DNA from: Shigella phage Tf
Length of the DNA stretch: 64,000 nucleotides
Sequence record: OR980947
Reading direction: 5' to 3' (one strand)
A model generated the notes under the pieces. It was not told the origin of the DNA. It searched no databases and was given only the letters and a program-made list of their open reading frames with translations. The translations under genes and the position numbers were made by a program. Shown here in pieces: positions 1 to 16,548 of the stretch. Numbering within the stretch: position 1 is the first letter of the stretch; every line of letters begins with the position of its first letter.

Positions 1-1
1 T

Positions 2-244
2 GTTGGTGTTGGTCATGCCTTCCCTAACGTATCTATGCTGGGTGAAGCTAACAACATCTTCGAAGTGGCATATGGCCCATGTCCTAAGATGGGTTATGCA
101 AATACACTTGGTCAGGAACTGTACGTATTCGAATACGAAAAAGACCGTGACGAAGGTATTGACTTCGAAGCTCACTCTTACATGCTGCCATACTGTACTC
201 GTCCTCAGTTGCTGGTAGATGTTCGTGCTGACGCCAAAGACTAA
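2..244 (+). CDS. 3' end of an upstream structural gene (partial; possibly major capsid protein)
   Basis: Open frame runs from the window start with no stop until 244; position just upstream of the head-tail and tail genes. Confidence 0.3.
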   Translation, partial: VGVGHAFPNVSMLGEANNIFEVAYGPCPKMGYANTLGQELYVFEYEKDRDEGIDFEAHSYMLPYCTRPQLLVDVRADAKD

Positions 245-265
245 TATTCTTAAGGAGGGTTATGA

Positions 266-715
266 ATGTGTTATACAGGCGACCCAGCCAATAACCCTCT
301 TGATAGAGTAAGAATCCTCTGCACAGACACCAATAATGATGAAATTCTTATTGAACAGTCTGTGCTAGAGTGGTTCTATCTAGAATCTGGAAAGGATGAA
401 AAGAAAGCAGCCATCAAAGCTCTTAAATATTTACTCTTTCAAGTAGCCAAGATGGGAGATGAGAAGGTTGGTGGTGTTTATTTACGTAACTCTTCCAGAT
501 TCAAATCTCTGAAAGCTGTTTATGACGACCTTGTTAAAAGCTCTGTTTCAGGACTACCTTATGCAGGTGGTATTAATCAGTGTGAAATTGATATGCGTCG
601 TCAGAATCCTTGCTCTGTCAAGAAATACACAGAATATGGTGATGCTGCCAGATACGAAGGCAGAGATTACTGCAACCGTGTTAATGGCGTATTTATTATC
701 GAGCGAGATGAATAA
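266..715 (+). CDS. hypothetical virion protein (head-tail joining region)
   Basis: ORF with RBS aaggaggg upstream; tightly packed with neighbouring structural genes. Confidence 0.3.
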   Translation: MCYTGDPANNPLDRVRILCTDTNNDEILIEQSVLEWFYLESGKDEKKAAIKALKYLLFQVAKMGDEKVGGVYLRNSSRFKSLKAVYDDLVKSSVSGLPYAGGINQCEIDMRRQNPCSVKKYTEYGDAARYEGRDYCNRVNGVFIIERDE

Positions 716-1197
716 TGGTTAAAAGGGTTATTCACCCCGCTAGAGCAAAATTAGTCGGGGCTATGAAGAACTTGCAGACGGCTAATGCTCAAGTTGGGTA
801 TTTTCAAGAACAAGGTCAACATAGCTCTGGTTTTTCTTATCCTGCTTTAATGTATTTACAAGAAGTTATTGGGGTTCCTTCAGCTTCTGGTAAAGTATAT
901 CGTAGGTTGTTTGAAATCACTATGATGCTAAACAAACAGACCTTGTTAGAGCAGACTAAGAAGAATCTATATAAGCAACTTAGTAGTCTCAACACAGACC
1001 CTTCAGATACCTTAGAAGCATTTGCAAAGAATGCTCAAAAGGCAATTAAAAGGGGCTTTGGTAATTCTGCTATCCTCCCTCCTAACGCACCTTCCACAGT
1101 CAAGAAAAAAGGCTTTAATGCACCTCTTGTTGAGACAGGTGACTTAAGGGATAACCTTGCTTATAAAATTTCTACTAAGAAGGGTATTAAGAAATGA
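715..1197 (+). CDS. hypothetical virion protein (head-tail region)
   Basis: Start overlaps previous stop (translational coupling); structural module position. Confidence 0.3.
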   Translation: MVKRVIHPARAKLVGAMKNLQTANAQVGYFQEQGQHSSGFSYPALMYLQEVIGVPSASGKVYRRLFEITMMLNKQTLLEQTKKNLYKQLSSLNTDPSDTLEAFAKNAQKAIKRGFGNSAILPPNAPSTVKKKGFNAPLVETGDLRDNLAYKISTKKGIKK

Positions 1198-1595
1198 GAC
1201 TCTTAAACAGACACAGCTTTGTAGTAAAGCGTAAAGTCTCTGAAGACGGTTATTATAACGATGATGGTGATTGGGTAGCTTCACAAGATGTTGTAGAGGT
1301 TAACTGTAAAGGTAATATCCAGCCATATATCAAAGGTTCTGTAAAGAACGGTACACAGATTGCTTTACCGGAAGGTATTAGACTTACTGATACAAGAATC
1401 CTGTATACCACATATAAACTTAGAACTTCAGATGATGTAGAGTGGAATGAGTCTGACATTGTTATGATTGATGGTCATGAGTATGAAGTATTTATGACTA
1501 TGGATTGGTCACAGCAATTAGCCCATACGTCCCATTATGAATATATCATTATTAGAAGGGATAAAATGAATGCAGTTAGAAACAGCAGAACTTGA
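1194..1595 (+). CDS. hypothetical virion protein (head-tail region)
   Basis: Overlapping start/stop with neighbours; structural module. Confidence 0.3.
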   Translation: MRLLNRHSFVVKRKVSEDGYYNDDGDWVASQDVVEVNCKGNIQPYIKGSVKNGTQIALPEGIRLTDTRILYTTYKLRTSDDVEWNESDIVMIDGHEYEVFMTMDWSQQLAHTSHYEYIIIRRDKMNAVRNSRT

Positions 1596-2169
1596 AAAAG
1601 GTCTAGTTAGAACCTTAGTGGATGTTATTGGTCACAGACTAGCTCGTGATAAGAATAATAGACCAAACGTAATTAGAGCTTACCCTTCTGATAACTCAAA
1701 TGACAAAGGTTTAAAACCTGACCAGCCATTTATTACCGTATATTGTCAAGATGCTGCAACACCTTATGGTTGGGTTCTTGATAAGTTTGTTGAGGATGAT
1801 GTAGTTTGCTACAGAATTGCTTTTCAGATTCCAGTATTAATTACGGTGAATGGTAAAGGTGCTCACAGTATTATGCTTGAGCTTAAACAACGATTAGAGA
1901 TGAGTTCAGTCAGGGATTTAATTCTTGAAGAGACAGGAGCTACAGTTTTAGACACTGGAGCTATTCCAAATGACTATACTTATCTTAATACAGATTTCGA
2001 AAATTCTGCGCCTCTTGTTGTAACTCTTGTAAAAAATTCAGTCCTGAAAGATGAACGTGGAAGTATTATTGAGCGTGTCATTGTTGATGGTGAATTAGTT
2101 TACGAAGAAGGACAAGAGCCACCAGAATATACTATCCATCTAGATGTAGACTCCAAAGGGGTAAAATAA
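1570..2169 (+). CDS. hypothetical tail completion-like protein
   Basis: Position immediately upstream of the putative sheath gene. Confidence 0.3.
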   Translation: MQLETAELEKGLVRTLVDVIGHRLARDKNNRPNVIRAYPSDNSNDKGLKPDQPFITVYCQDAATPYGWVLDKFVEDDVVCYRIAFQIPVLITVNGKGAHSIMLELKQRLEMSSVRDLILEETGATVLDTGAIPNDYTYLNTDFENSAPLVVTLVKNSVLKDERGSIIERVIVDGELVYEEGQEPPEYTIHLDVDSKGVK

Positions 2170-3522
2170 ATGTGGAATCCAATTGTTAATGTAGATATTA
2201 CATTGAACACCGCAGGAACTACAAGAGAAGGTTTTGGGCTACCACTATTTTTAGCTTCAACAGATAACTTTGAAGAAAGAGTCCGTGGTTACACTTCCTT
2301 AACTGAAGTTGCTGAAGATTTCGATGAGAGGTCTGCTGCATATAAGGCTGCTAAACAACTTTGGAGTCAGACTCCTAAAGTAACTCAGCTTTATATTGGT
2401 AGACGTGCTATGCAGTACACTGTATCAATTCCTGATGCCGTTACTGAGAGCACTGATTATTCTTTAACTGTAGCTGTGAGCGGTGGAATCTCTCAGCCAT
2501 TCCAGTACACTTCACAGGCATCAGATACCGCTGAGAAGGTGTTACAGCAGATTAAAACACAGATTGAAGCAGAACCTTCTGTAAAAGACCTTGTTACTGT
2601 CAATGTAACTGGTACTGGTGGTTCAGCGACAATGGTAATCACCAAAGCTGGTGTGAACGACTTCGTGAAGGTTACTACTACAGCACAAACAGTGTCAATT
2701 GCAAGTACAACTGCTGACACAGCATCGACTGCTCTGGCAGCTATTGAAGCTTATTCAACTGACTGGTATTTCATTGCAGCGGAAGACAGAACTCAACAGT
2801 TTGTCTTAGCAATGGCTTCTGAGATTCAAGCTCGTAAGAAGATTTTCTTTACAGCTAACTCTGATGTAACAGCCCTACAAGGTACAGAATTAGCCAGTGC
2901 AAATGATGTTCCAGCACAGCTTGCTAAGAATATGTACACTCGTACAGTTTGCTTGTGGCATCACACAGCAGCAGAGGATTATCCAGAAATGGCATACATT
3001 GCTTATGGTGCTCCATATGATGCAGGTTCGATTGCTTGGGGTAATGCACAGTTAACTGGTGTAGCTGCTTCTCTACAGCCAGCTAATAAGAGACCTCTGA
3101 CAAGTATTCAGAAGTCAGCTTTAGATGCACGTCACTGTAACTTTATTGACCTTGATGGTGGTGTTCCAGTGGTTCGTAGAGGGATTACTTCTGGTGGGGA
3201 ATGGATTGATATCATCCGTGGTGTTGACTGGTTAGAATCAGACCTGAAAACTTCTCTGAGAGACTTGCTAATTAACCAGAAGGGTGGTAAGATTACTTAT
3301 GATGATACTGGTATTACCCGTATTCGTCAAGTCATTGAAACCTCTCTGCAAAGAGCAGTCAACAGAAACTTCCTGTCATCTTACACAGTTAATGTTCCTA
3401 AAGCCTCTCAAGTTGCTTTGGCAGACAAGAAAGCACGTATCCTGAAAGACGTTACCTTCGCAGGTGTCTTAGCAGGGGCTATCTTGGATGTTGACTTGAA
3501 AGGTACAGTGGCTTACGAATAA
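2170..3522 (+). CDS. putative tail sheath protein
   Basis: 450 aa ORF directly upstream of a ~150 aa tube-sized ORF, chaperones and tape measure (P2/Mu-like order). Confidence 0.5.
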   Translation: MWNPIVNVDITLNTAGTTREGFGLPLFLASTDNFEERVRGYTSLTEVAEDFDERSAAYKAAKQLWSQTPKVTQLYIGRRAMQYTVSIPDAVTESTDYSLTVAVSGGISQPFQYTSQASDTAEKVLQQIKTQIEAEPSVKDLVTVNVTGTGGSATMVITKAGVNDFVKVTTTAQTVSIASTTADTASTALAAIEAYSTDWYFIAAEDRTQQFVLAMASEIQARKKIFFTANSDVTALQGTELASANDVPAQLAKNMYTRTVCLWHHTAAEDYPEMAYIAYGAPYDAGSIAWGNAQLTGVAASLQPANKRPLTSIQKSALDARHCNFIDLDGGVPVVRRGITSGGEWIDIIRGVDWLESDLKTSLRDLLINQKGGKITYDDTGITRIRQVIETSLQRAVNRNFLSSYTVNVPKASQVALADKKARILKDVTFAGVLAGAILDVDLKGTVAYE

Positions 3523-3537
3523 TAGAGGTAAATTGGA

Positions 3538-3984
3538 ATGGCTATGTATCAGCAATATTCCCCTAAAGACGTTGTATGTAGCTGGAATGGTATTGCCATT
3601 GAAGGCTTTGCCCCAGACTCATTCTTGCGTCTACAGAGAACATCACCACTTATCACACCAGTTGTAGGTGCAGGTGGTCAAGTTGCTCTGACAAGAAATG
3701 CAGACAAGACAGGTACTATTGAGATTGAGCTAATGCAGACTTCTCTCTCTAACCAGATGCTTTCTGCAATTCAAGCTAAACAAGACAATATGGAACTTGA
3801 AGAAGATATCTCTTCTAACTTCGTAATCTACGACCCATCAGGCTCTGTTCTGGCAACTGGTATTAATGCTTGGTTGCAGGAATTACCACAGATTGAACTT
3901 GGTCGTGACCAGAACTCTAAAACTTGGATTTTTGGTTGTGAGAAGTTAGACTACACTTCTACAATTCCAGCGTCAAGTGTTTAA
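3538..3984 (+). CDS. putative tail tube protein
   Basis: 148 aa ORF between sheath-sized gene and chaperone/tape-measure genes; followed by a terminator. Confidence 0.5.
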   Translation: MAMYQQYSPKDVVCSWNGIAIEGFAPDSFLRLQRTSPLITPVVGAGGQVALTRNADKTGTIEIELMQTSLSNQMLSAIQAKQDNMELEEDISSNFVIYDPSGSVLATGINAWLQELPQIELGRDQNSKTWIFGCEKLDYTSTIPASSV

Positions 3985-3995
3985 TAAATCCTATA

Positions 3996-4029
3996 AGGGG
4001 GAGACTTTAAAAGGTCTTCCCCTTTTTTG
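3996..4029 (+). terminator. rho-independent terminator
   Basis: GC hairpin gggggagac...gtcttcccc followed by tttttt. Confidence 0.6.
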
Positions 4030-4057
4030 TTTCTTTTAAAAGTATTAAGGAATCACA

Positions 4058-4456
4058 ATGAAAACAGAATCTAGAGTAATTAATGGTAAGAAAGTAAATA
4101 TCGTTCTGCTTGGGGCGAGAGATGGTATTAAGATGTCTATGAAGTTGGGTAAAATTGTTGTTCCAACCTTTGCACAGATGCTGTCAAGTCTGACTGATAA
4201 AGATAAGAAAGAAGCTCCAATGGTTCCATTTAAAGAACTTGTTGAAGCTTGTTTTGACAGAATTGAAGAAATTAACCTTGAAGAAATGGCTACACTATTA
4301 TTTCAAGGGGCAACTGTTGATGACTTCCCACTTAATATTGATACATACTTCCAAGCAAACTACGGTGAATTTATTGATTACTTAGCATTTGCGCTGGAGG
4401 CAAACTTCGGAAGTTTTTTCGAAGCAAGCATTTTCAAAAGCCTAACTTCTCAGTAA
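4058..4456 (+). CDS. putative tail assembly chaperone
   Basis: 132 aa ORF immediately upstream of tape measure gene. Confidence 0.4.
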   Translation: MKTESRVINGKKVNIVLLGARDGIKMSMKLGKIVVPTFAQMLSSLTDKDKKEAPMVPFKELVEACFDRIEEINLEEMATLLFQGATVDDFPLNIDTYFQANYGEFIDYLAFALEANFGSFFEASIFKSLTSQ

Positions 4457-4458
4457 AC

Positions 4459-4696
4459 ATGGGTAATACTCTACAGACACCACTGACTGATGCTGCTGTA
4501 GAGGCAACCTATGAAGAAGCAGACGAGATGAAATTTGTGCTTGCTATTTATGGTATGGAAGGGTGTAAAGAAACACTTGACCAACTCTTTGCTATGACAT
4601 TCTCTGATTTATTATCATTGAGACAATTTCTTGAAATTCAGAGGTCGTATAAAGAGGAAATTGCTTACAACGAACTTAGAAGAGCAGGAAAATGTA

Positions 4697-4716
<20 letters not shown>
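4459..4716 (+). CDS. putative second tail assembly chaperone-like protein
   Basis: 85 aa ORF between chaperone and tape measure; overlaps tape measure start by about 20 nt. Confidence 0.3.
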
Positions 4717-10060
<5,344 letters not shown>

Positions 10061-10061
<1 letters not shown>

Positions 10062-11530
10062 TGGCAGGACTAACTACAACAGGATTACAAACTCTAAGAT
10101 ATCAGGAGATTTTTGATAATATCAAATCAAGGCTTCTTAGAGATATTTCACCCAACCTTGACGTGTCTGAAGATAGTCAATTAGGACTCTTCCTAGCTTC
10201 AATTGCAAGGTCTTTAGCAGATACTCATGAGATTCTATCAGAAATCTACGATGGGGGTACAATTGATAAGGCTGAAGGCTTTAACCTTGATGATATTACC
10301 GCTTTAAACGCTGTATATAGGTATGTTGCACAGGCAACAAGAGGTCAGGTGGAGTTTACTGGAACCACTGGTGCTACTATTCCTTCAACAACAAGATTAA
10401 GAAGTACTGCCGGAAACATCTTTTACCCAGTTAACAACATTACCCTTACCCCATCATATTGTGTTGAAGCTGTCCTTGAAGTTAACTCTTTACGAACTGA
10501 TGCAGATTATGTTATTATTATTGATAACGTCATTTTCTCATATAAACCAACCTCATCAGACACAATCACCATACTTCTAACAAAATTAGCAGAAGCTATT
10601 AATGGTGGTATTGTAGCAAAGGCAGAAGTAATTAATGACGGAGCCTCATTAAGAATCTATAAAGATGAGGGTGATATCATTGCAAGAACAAACCCTATGG
10701 TTGTCACTGCGACAACGTTTCTTACCTTTACAAAAATTACAACTATTTCAGATGTAGTAGCTGAAGAGGTGGGTGCTACCCCTGCTTTAGCTGGTACGCT
10801 TATTGAGATTGAGACAACTGTTGATGGTCTTGACAGTATTTATAACAGGTATGATTTAACAACTGGTAGAAACGAAGAAACTGACACAGAACTCAGACAG
10901 AGATATTTAGAGTCTTTAGCAGTTACTGGTGTAGGTACTTTGGATGCAATTGTAGCTGCTGTTAAAAGAGTTCAAGGGGTCTCAGATGCTTCAGGTGTTG
11001 AAAATGATACTGAAGAGACAAACTCAGAAGGTCTTCCACCAAAATCTTTTAAGATTGTTGTAGTTGGTGGTCAAAATGATAATGTTGCTCAAGCAATCTG
11101 GGATACAAAACCTGCTGGTATCAGGGCTTATGGCTCAATTTTTGGTACAGCCTATGATTTAGGTGGTCTGGCACATAATATCTATTTTAGCAGACCAACA
11201 CCAAAATACGCATTTGTTAAGGTGTCTTACTCATTATATGACGAAGAAAGTTTGACAATCCCTGAAGAGGATATCAGAGACAGCATTGTACAAGGTATTA
11301 ATGCTTATGGGAGAACTCTTAAGGTTGGTAATGATGTTATCCCTAACAGAATCTATGGATATATCTATGACGTAATTAAAGGTATTGAGATTAATGAGGT
11401 TAAAGTAGCCTTATCAAACAGCCAATCAGTTCCACCTAGTGACGGGCAGTATACTACAGCAAGAATTACTGTTGACGGTGACCAATATACTGTATGGGAA
11501 AGTAGTCAGTACACCATTGCTAAGGAGTAA
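10061..11530 (+). CDS. putative baseplate J-like protein
   Basis: 489 aa ORF following gpW-like gene; size and position typical of baseplate J. Confidence 0.5.
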
Positions 11531-11532
11531 TA

Positions 11533-12387
11533 ATGTTTCAGAAAATTGATGATGTCTACTATAAGACTCTTGACGAAAGAACTGTAACACAGTTTAAAGA
11601 TAAATTTATCTATACAAGTATCTTGAAAGCAATCACTGATGAATTACAAACTCTAGAAGATGTTTGCTGGCAGATGCACACAGAGAGAAATATCAGGACG
11701 TCAGTAGGCCAACAACTTGATAACATTGGCTCACTGATTAAAGTTCCTAGACCTTTAGGTGCAGATGATGAAACATATAGGGCTATGCTTTATATTCAAA
11801 TCTTCCTAAGACGCTCTGACACTACTCCAACATTCTTGCAAAAAGCAATTATGACACTATATGGTGCAACTTTCTCTCAGATTTTTGAGCATATTACTCC
11901 TAAGACTGGTGGTATCGTTATCCGTATTAACACCAGAAAGAGCGTTCTTGATGCTGCATATACACTGTCAAAGATTTCTGCAACAACTACTGGTTCTGCT
12001 GTTATCTTAAGAGATGTTACTTTAAATGGAACTGCTTGGACACCTGTAGAGGTTGCTGATTCAGCACTTGCCATTGTTGATGATAAAGAGAACTGGTTTG
12101 TAACTGATGCTAACAGAGGTCTGGTAACAAATAACACTGGTGGCTCTCTGGAGTCCAACCTAGTAGGGAGTCTTACAGATGCTGGTGTTATTGATGGTTA
12201 CTTTAAGGTTGACAGAACAGCAAACTCACAGAGTGATGATTATATGACTGTAGATAGGTCCAATAATAGTGGCTATTTCATCGTTGGTAAAGAAGCTATT
12301 GCAGGTGGTGCATATGGAATCATGGCTGAGGTTGCACAAATTGTCAAAGGCAGAAAAGATAAATCACAACAAGAAGGAAATTCTTAA
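11533..12387 (+). CDS. putative baseplate/tail fibre-associated protein (gpI-like)
   Basis: Synteny: follows J-like gene and precedes tail fibres. Confidence 0.4.
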   Translation: MFQKIDDVYYKTLDERTVTQFKDKFIYTSILKAITDELQTLEDVCWQMHTERNIRTSVGQQLDNIGSLIKVPRPLGADDETYRAMLYIQIFLRRSDTTPTFLQKAIMTLYGATFSQIFEHITPKTGGIVIRINTRKSVLDAAYTLSKISATTTGSAVILRDVTLNGTAWTPVEVADSALAIVDDKENWFVTDANRGLVTNNTGGSLESNLVGSLTDAGVIDGYFKVDRTANSQSDDYMTVDRSNNSGYFIVGKEAIAGGAYGIMAEVAQIVKGRKDKSQQEGNS

Positions 12388-12689
12388 TGGCAGTTTTAAA
12401 TTGGTCTACAAATGAAGTAGATACTGATGGTAACCAGTTAAAAGTTTTACCACCACCGGAAGTTCAAGAGACAGGTCTTTTAAAGGGTGAACCTATGGGT
12501 AGACAGTGGTTCAACTATATTATCAACTACCTGCTTAATAAAGTAAACGGCACTGTTGGTGAAGTTCGCTCATATGCAACTCAGCAACCAGATTTAGTAG
12601 CCAATGGCTGGAAACTAATTAAGTCTGAGACAGGGACTGCAACAACAAGTACAAAGAACCTTTACACATATGAATATGTAGGAGCTTAA
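12387..12689 (+). CDS. hypothetical tail fibre-associated protein
   Basis: 100 aa ORF coupled to flanking tail genes. Confidence 0.3.
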   Translation: MAVLNWSTNEVDTDGNQLKVLPPPEVQETGLLKGEPMGRQWFNYIINYLLNKVNGTVGEVRSYATQQPDLVANGWKLIKSETGTATTSTKNLYTYEYVGA

Positions 12690-12691
12690 TA

Positions 12692-13867
12692 ATGGCAGTC
12701 GGTGAAATTCAAATTAGTGCCTTGCCACAAGCGGCATTACCAGTTGATTTAAGTGATATCTTCCATCTTAAGCAAGGTGTTGAAGATAAAAGATGTACAC
12801 TTGAACATTTGTTAGCACCTCACGCATCTTTAAGGAATAACCCCCATGGCGTAACCAAATCGCAAGTGGGTCTTGATAATGTTATTAACTCTCTTCAATT
12901 AGTTGCAGATAATAACTTGTCAGATATTGTAAATGTTGCTGAGGCAAGAGCAAATCTACAAATTATGTCGTCAGAAGAAGTGAATAGTTTAATTCAGCGA
13001 CATATTGACGACAAAAGTAACCCACACAATACAACGAAAGCACAGGTCGGTTTAAGTAATGTTCAGAACTGGACAACATCCAATCTGTACAATGAAGATG
13101 CTGATAAATATGCTACCGCGAAAGCAGTTAATAATTTATACAAAGCTATCCAAGCGTCATATCCAGTAGGGACTATTCATCTATCTGTTAACTCTGCTAA
13201 CCCATCCACTTACTTACTTTGTGGAGGTACTTGGGAGTTAGTCTCTAAAGGTAGAGCACTAGTTGGTTATGATACAGATTCTAGACCTGTTGGTTCAACG
13301 TTTGGTTCTCAGACTGTAGCATTAACAAATAATAATTTACCAGCACATACACACTCTATCTATTTAACAGGTGGTGGTCACACACACTCTGCAAGCGTAT
13401 CTATCTCTAGTTTTGATTATGGTTCAAAAAGTACATCAACTTTTGATTACGGTACAAAAACGACTAATAGTGCTGGTGCTCATACTCACACGTTTAGTGG
13501 CACAACAAGTAATGCTGGTAACCACAACCACAGAGTACCTATGAGGGGTAATGATAGAGGTGGTACAAATGCTATTACTGCATCTGCTGATGCTGGTGTT
13601 GGTAATGCTATGTATACTGATTTAGCTGGTGCTCACACCCATAGCTTCTCAGGCACAACTGCATCATCTGGTGCTCATAGTCATACTGTTGCAATTGGTG
13701 CTCATAGTCACACTGTCAATATTGGTTCACACAGTCATACTGGCACTGTTACTGTTTCTAGCTCTGAGCATACACACTCAGGGACATCTGGTTCTGTTGG
13801 TGGTGGTCAAGCTTTCAGTGTTGAGCAACCATCTTTTGTAGTATATGTATGGCAGAGAACAGCTTAA
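12692..13867 (+). CDS. tail fibre protein with C-terminal His-x-His repeat domain
   Basis: C-terminal repeats HTHS/HSHT/HNH (LPAHTHS, GAHTHTFSGTT, GAHSHTV) and FDYG(S/T)K repeats, resembling metal-binding fibre tips; terminator follows. Confidence 0.55.
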   Translation: MAVGEIQISALPQAALPVDLSDIFHLKQGVEDKRCTLEHLLAPHASLRNNPHGVTKSQVGLDNVINSLQLVADNNLSDIVNVAEARANLQIMSSEEVNSLIQRHIDDKSNPHNTTKAQVGLSNVQNWTTSNLYNEDADKYATAKAVNNLYKAIQASYPVGTIHLSVNSANPSTYLLCGGTWELVSKGRALVGYDTDSRPVGSTFGSQTVALTNNNLPAHTHSIYLTGGGHTHSASVSISSFDYGSKSTSTFDYGTKTTNSAGAHTHTFSGTTSNAGNHNHRVPMRGNDRGGTNAITASADAGVGNAMYTDLAGAHTHSFSGTTASSGAHSHTVAIGAHSHTVNIGSHSHTGTVTVSSSEHTHSGTSGSVGGGQAFSVEQPSFVVYVWQRTA

Positions 13868-13877
13868 TTTCTTTACA

Positions 13878-13897
13878 GGGGCTTTGTAGCCCCTTTT
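13878..13897 (+). terminator. rho-independent terminator
   Basis: Hairpin ggggct ttgt agcccc followed by tttt. Confidence 0.55.
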
Positions 13898-13913
13898 AAG
13901 AGGAAAATTTATA

Positions 13914-16274
13914 ATGGCAGATTACAAATTGAGTCAATTAAACTCAATCGACACAATTCGTTCAGAAGACCTATTGCACATCAGAGTTAAGAAAAGACCT
14001 GAAATGTTGGGTGACGAAGACCGTCGAATGACCTATCAAGACTTCTTAGCATCTTTTAAACTAGAAAGATTTGTTCAGATTGCTGGTAGCACTATGACGG
14101 GTGACTTAGGAATTGTTAAGTTACTTTATGGTGGTAAGGCAGTCTTTGACCCAACAGGCTCTTCTGAGATTAATATTGGTGATGTTTTAAAGACTTTTAA
14201 AATCAACGCAAATGGTCTTAAGTTAACCGTTGCAGATGCTTCAAGGTCTGCAACTGTTTATCATACTCTTAATAAACCAAGCCCTAATGAACTTGGGATG
14301 AGAACCAATGAAGAGAACGATGCAAGGTATGCAAAACTATCTGCAAATAACATCTTTACATCCCAACAAACTATCCAAGCAAATGGTGAAGCTATTAGGT
14401 TAAAAAACTCTTCTGAGAACTCACCGTTGTATATCAGAGGTCAGGATAGTGCTGGTGAGAATAGATGGTATATCGGTAATGGTTCAGGGGGTGATAATGT
14501 TACTATCCGCAACCACAAGACAGACTGTGAAGTTATTCTATCTAGTGTCGTGGCTATCAATAAAACATTAAGCATCACGGGTCAAGTCAAACCTTCTGAC
14601 TTCTCTAACTTAGATGCTAGATATTTCACTCAGACAGTCGCTAATCAGAGATTTGCACAGTTAGCTGGCAATAACACCTTTACAGGTGCTAACACATTTA
14701 GGACTATGAGTGTTATTTCAAATGCTGCTGCCATCACACTGCAATGTGCATCAGCAAACGAATCCCTGTATCTACTTGCAAAAGATTATGAAGGTGGAAA
14801 CTTATGGTATCTTGGTAAAGATAGTTCAGGTGCTGGTGTAACTATCTACAACTATACCACTAACACCTCTTTGTTCTTAGATGCTGCTGGGGTATCAGCA
14901 AATAAAAATGTCAGAATCACTGGACAAGTTCAACCTTCAGATTGGACTAACATTGACTCTAGATACATTCCAGTAGCTACTTTGAGCAATCTTGCTAAAA
15001 TTAATGTGTCTAACACTTTCACAAATGTGCAGACTATTGTATCAAATAATGAAGGTGTAGTATTAAAGAACTTAACACAGGGACAGCCGCAATATATCCG
15101 TGGTGTTGATACTGCGAACGTATCTAGGTGGTGGGTAGGTGTAGGTGATGCAAATTCTACTGATGTAGCCTTAAACAACAGCTTCTCTGGGACTCAAATT
15201 ACTCTTATGACTTCAGCGATTAAGGCTAATAAGAATCTAACCATTACTGGTCAAGTACAACCTTCTGATTGGTCTAACTTAGATGCTAGATATTTCTTGA
15301 AAACAAAACTATTAAACCAATCTTTAATGACAAGGACAGCTAATAGACTGGATGACCCATCATCATTCAACAAAGATTATTCAGGGTTTGTAAGAAATAA
15401 TAACATAGAGCAGGGTCTGAAAGATTTAGCCATCCATGTAGCACATGCTGCTGGTATTGCTCATGCCAGAGGTATTGCTTTTGAATATGGGTCTACAGGT
15501 CTTAATGTCTTCACATATGCCTATGGCAAAAATGGTGACTATGCCGGAGAAGCACAGATTTATACAACTGCTTTTAAACCAACCCCTTCAGAAATTGGTG
15601 CATACACTAAAGCTGAAACTGACCAGAAGATTGCAGAAGCGATTAGTGACTCTACAGACCTTAATAAAATCTATCCAGTAGGTATTGTAACGTGGTTTAA
15701 CAGTAATGTTAACCCTAATACAGCACTTCCTGGTCTAACTTGGACGTACCTGAATAATGGTGTTGGTAGAACTATTAGAATTGCAGCAGCAAACGGTTCA
15801 GATGTTGCTACAACTGGTGGTTCAGACTCTGTAACGTTGTCTGTTGGTAACTTACCTTCACACACGCATAGTTTCTCTGGAACGACTTCTTGGTTTGACT
15901 ATGGAACTAAGTACACAGACGGTCAGGGTGCTCACGACCATGACAGAGGTAACATGGAAATCTCTGGTGACTTTGGTTTCTTCAGAAGTGATGCAAATAA
16001 CTTTTATACAGCAAGTGGGGCATTCGCTATCTCAGGTTCACAAGCCTCTAGGGGTTTTACTGGCTCTAAGTTCACTTATGGTACACCTGTCAACTTCTAC
16101 GCATCAAGAACTTGGACAGGGAGAACAAGCTGGGTAGGTGCTCATGCACATGGTGTAGGTATTGGTGCTCACAACCATACGGTAAGTGGTAACACAGGTG
16201 TCACAGGTTCTGGTTCAGCATTTAGTGTCACTAACCAATTCTATAAGTTAATGGCTTGGGTAAGAACTGCTTAA
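13914..16274 (+). CDS. long tail fibre protein with triplicated internal repeat and HxH C-terminal domain
   Basis: Three copies of ITGQV(K/Q)PSD(F/W)(S/T)N(L/I)D(A/S)RY; C-terminus shares LPSHTHSFSGTT and GAHAHGVGIGAHNHTV motifs with ORF 12692..13867. Confidence 0.55.
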   Translation: MADYKLSQLNSIDTIRSEDLLHIRVKKRPEMLGDEDRRMTYQDFLASFKLERFVQIAGSTMTGDLGIVKLLYGGKAVFDPTGSSEINIGDVLKTFKINANGLKLTVADASRSATVYHTLNKPSPNELGMRTNEENDARYAKLSANNIFTSQQTIQANGEAIRLKNSSENSPLYIRGQDSAGENRWYIGNGSGGDNVTIRNHKTDCEVILSSVVAINKTLSITGQVKPSDFSNLDARYFTQTVANQRFAQLAGNNTFTGANTFRTMSVISNAAAITLQCASANESLYLLAKDYEGGNLWYLGKDSSGAGVTIYNYTTNTSLFLDAAGVSANKNVRITGQVQPSDWTNIDSRYIPVATLSNLAKINVSNTFTNVQTIVSNNEGVVLKNLTQGQPQYIRGVDTANVSRWWVGVGDANSTDVALNNSFSGTQITLMTSAIKANKNLTITGQVQPSDWSNLDARYFLKTKLLNQSLMTRTANRLDDPSSFNKDYSGFVRNNNIEQGLKDLAIHVAHAAGIAHARGIAFEYGSTGLNVFTYAYGKNGDYAGEAQIYTTAFKPTPSEIGAYTKAETDQKIAEAISDSTDLNKIYPVGIVTWFNSNVNPNTALPGLTWTYLNNGVGRTIRIAAANGSDVATTGGSDSVTLSVGNLPSHTHSFSGTTSWFDYGTKYTDGQGAHDHDRGNMEISGDFGFFRSDANNFYTASGAFAISGSQASRGFTGSKFTYGTPVNFYASRTWTGRTSWVGAHAHGVGIGAHNHTVSGNTGVTGSGSAFSVTNQFYKLMAWVRTA

Positions 16275-16353
16275 TCCCTTGTTGACTGATTGTTAAGATG
16301 GTGTTAATATTCTTTATGGGTATTCTCACCATCTTGGCTGATGAGGTGATTAA

Positions 16354-16548
16354 ATGCCTACAATCCTAGCAATTCTTCTAAAAAATCTAGGTAGCTTCTT
16401 CTGGAAACTCATTTTATCCCTTCTAAGTGAATACATGATTGAGAAAGTGTTCTTTAAGCTTGCAAGATATCTTGCGAGTAAAACAGACACACCTATTGAT
16501 GATGAGTTCGTAGATAACTTAGAAAAAGCTTTTAAGGGGGAGAAATAA
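16354..16548 (+). CDS. putative holin-like small membrane protein
   Basis: 64 aa, N-terminal hydrophobic segment and charged C-terminus; follows the tail fibre genes. Confidence 0.3.
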   Translation: MPTILAILLKNLGSFFWKLILSLLSEYMIEKVFFKLARYLASKTDTPIDDEFVDNLEKAFKGEK

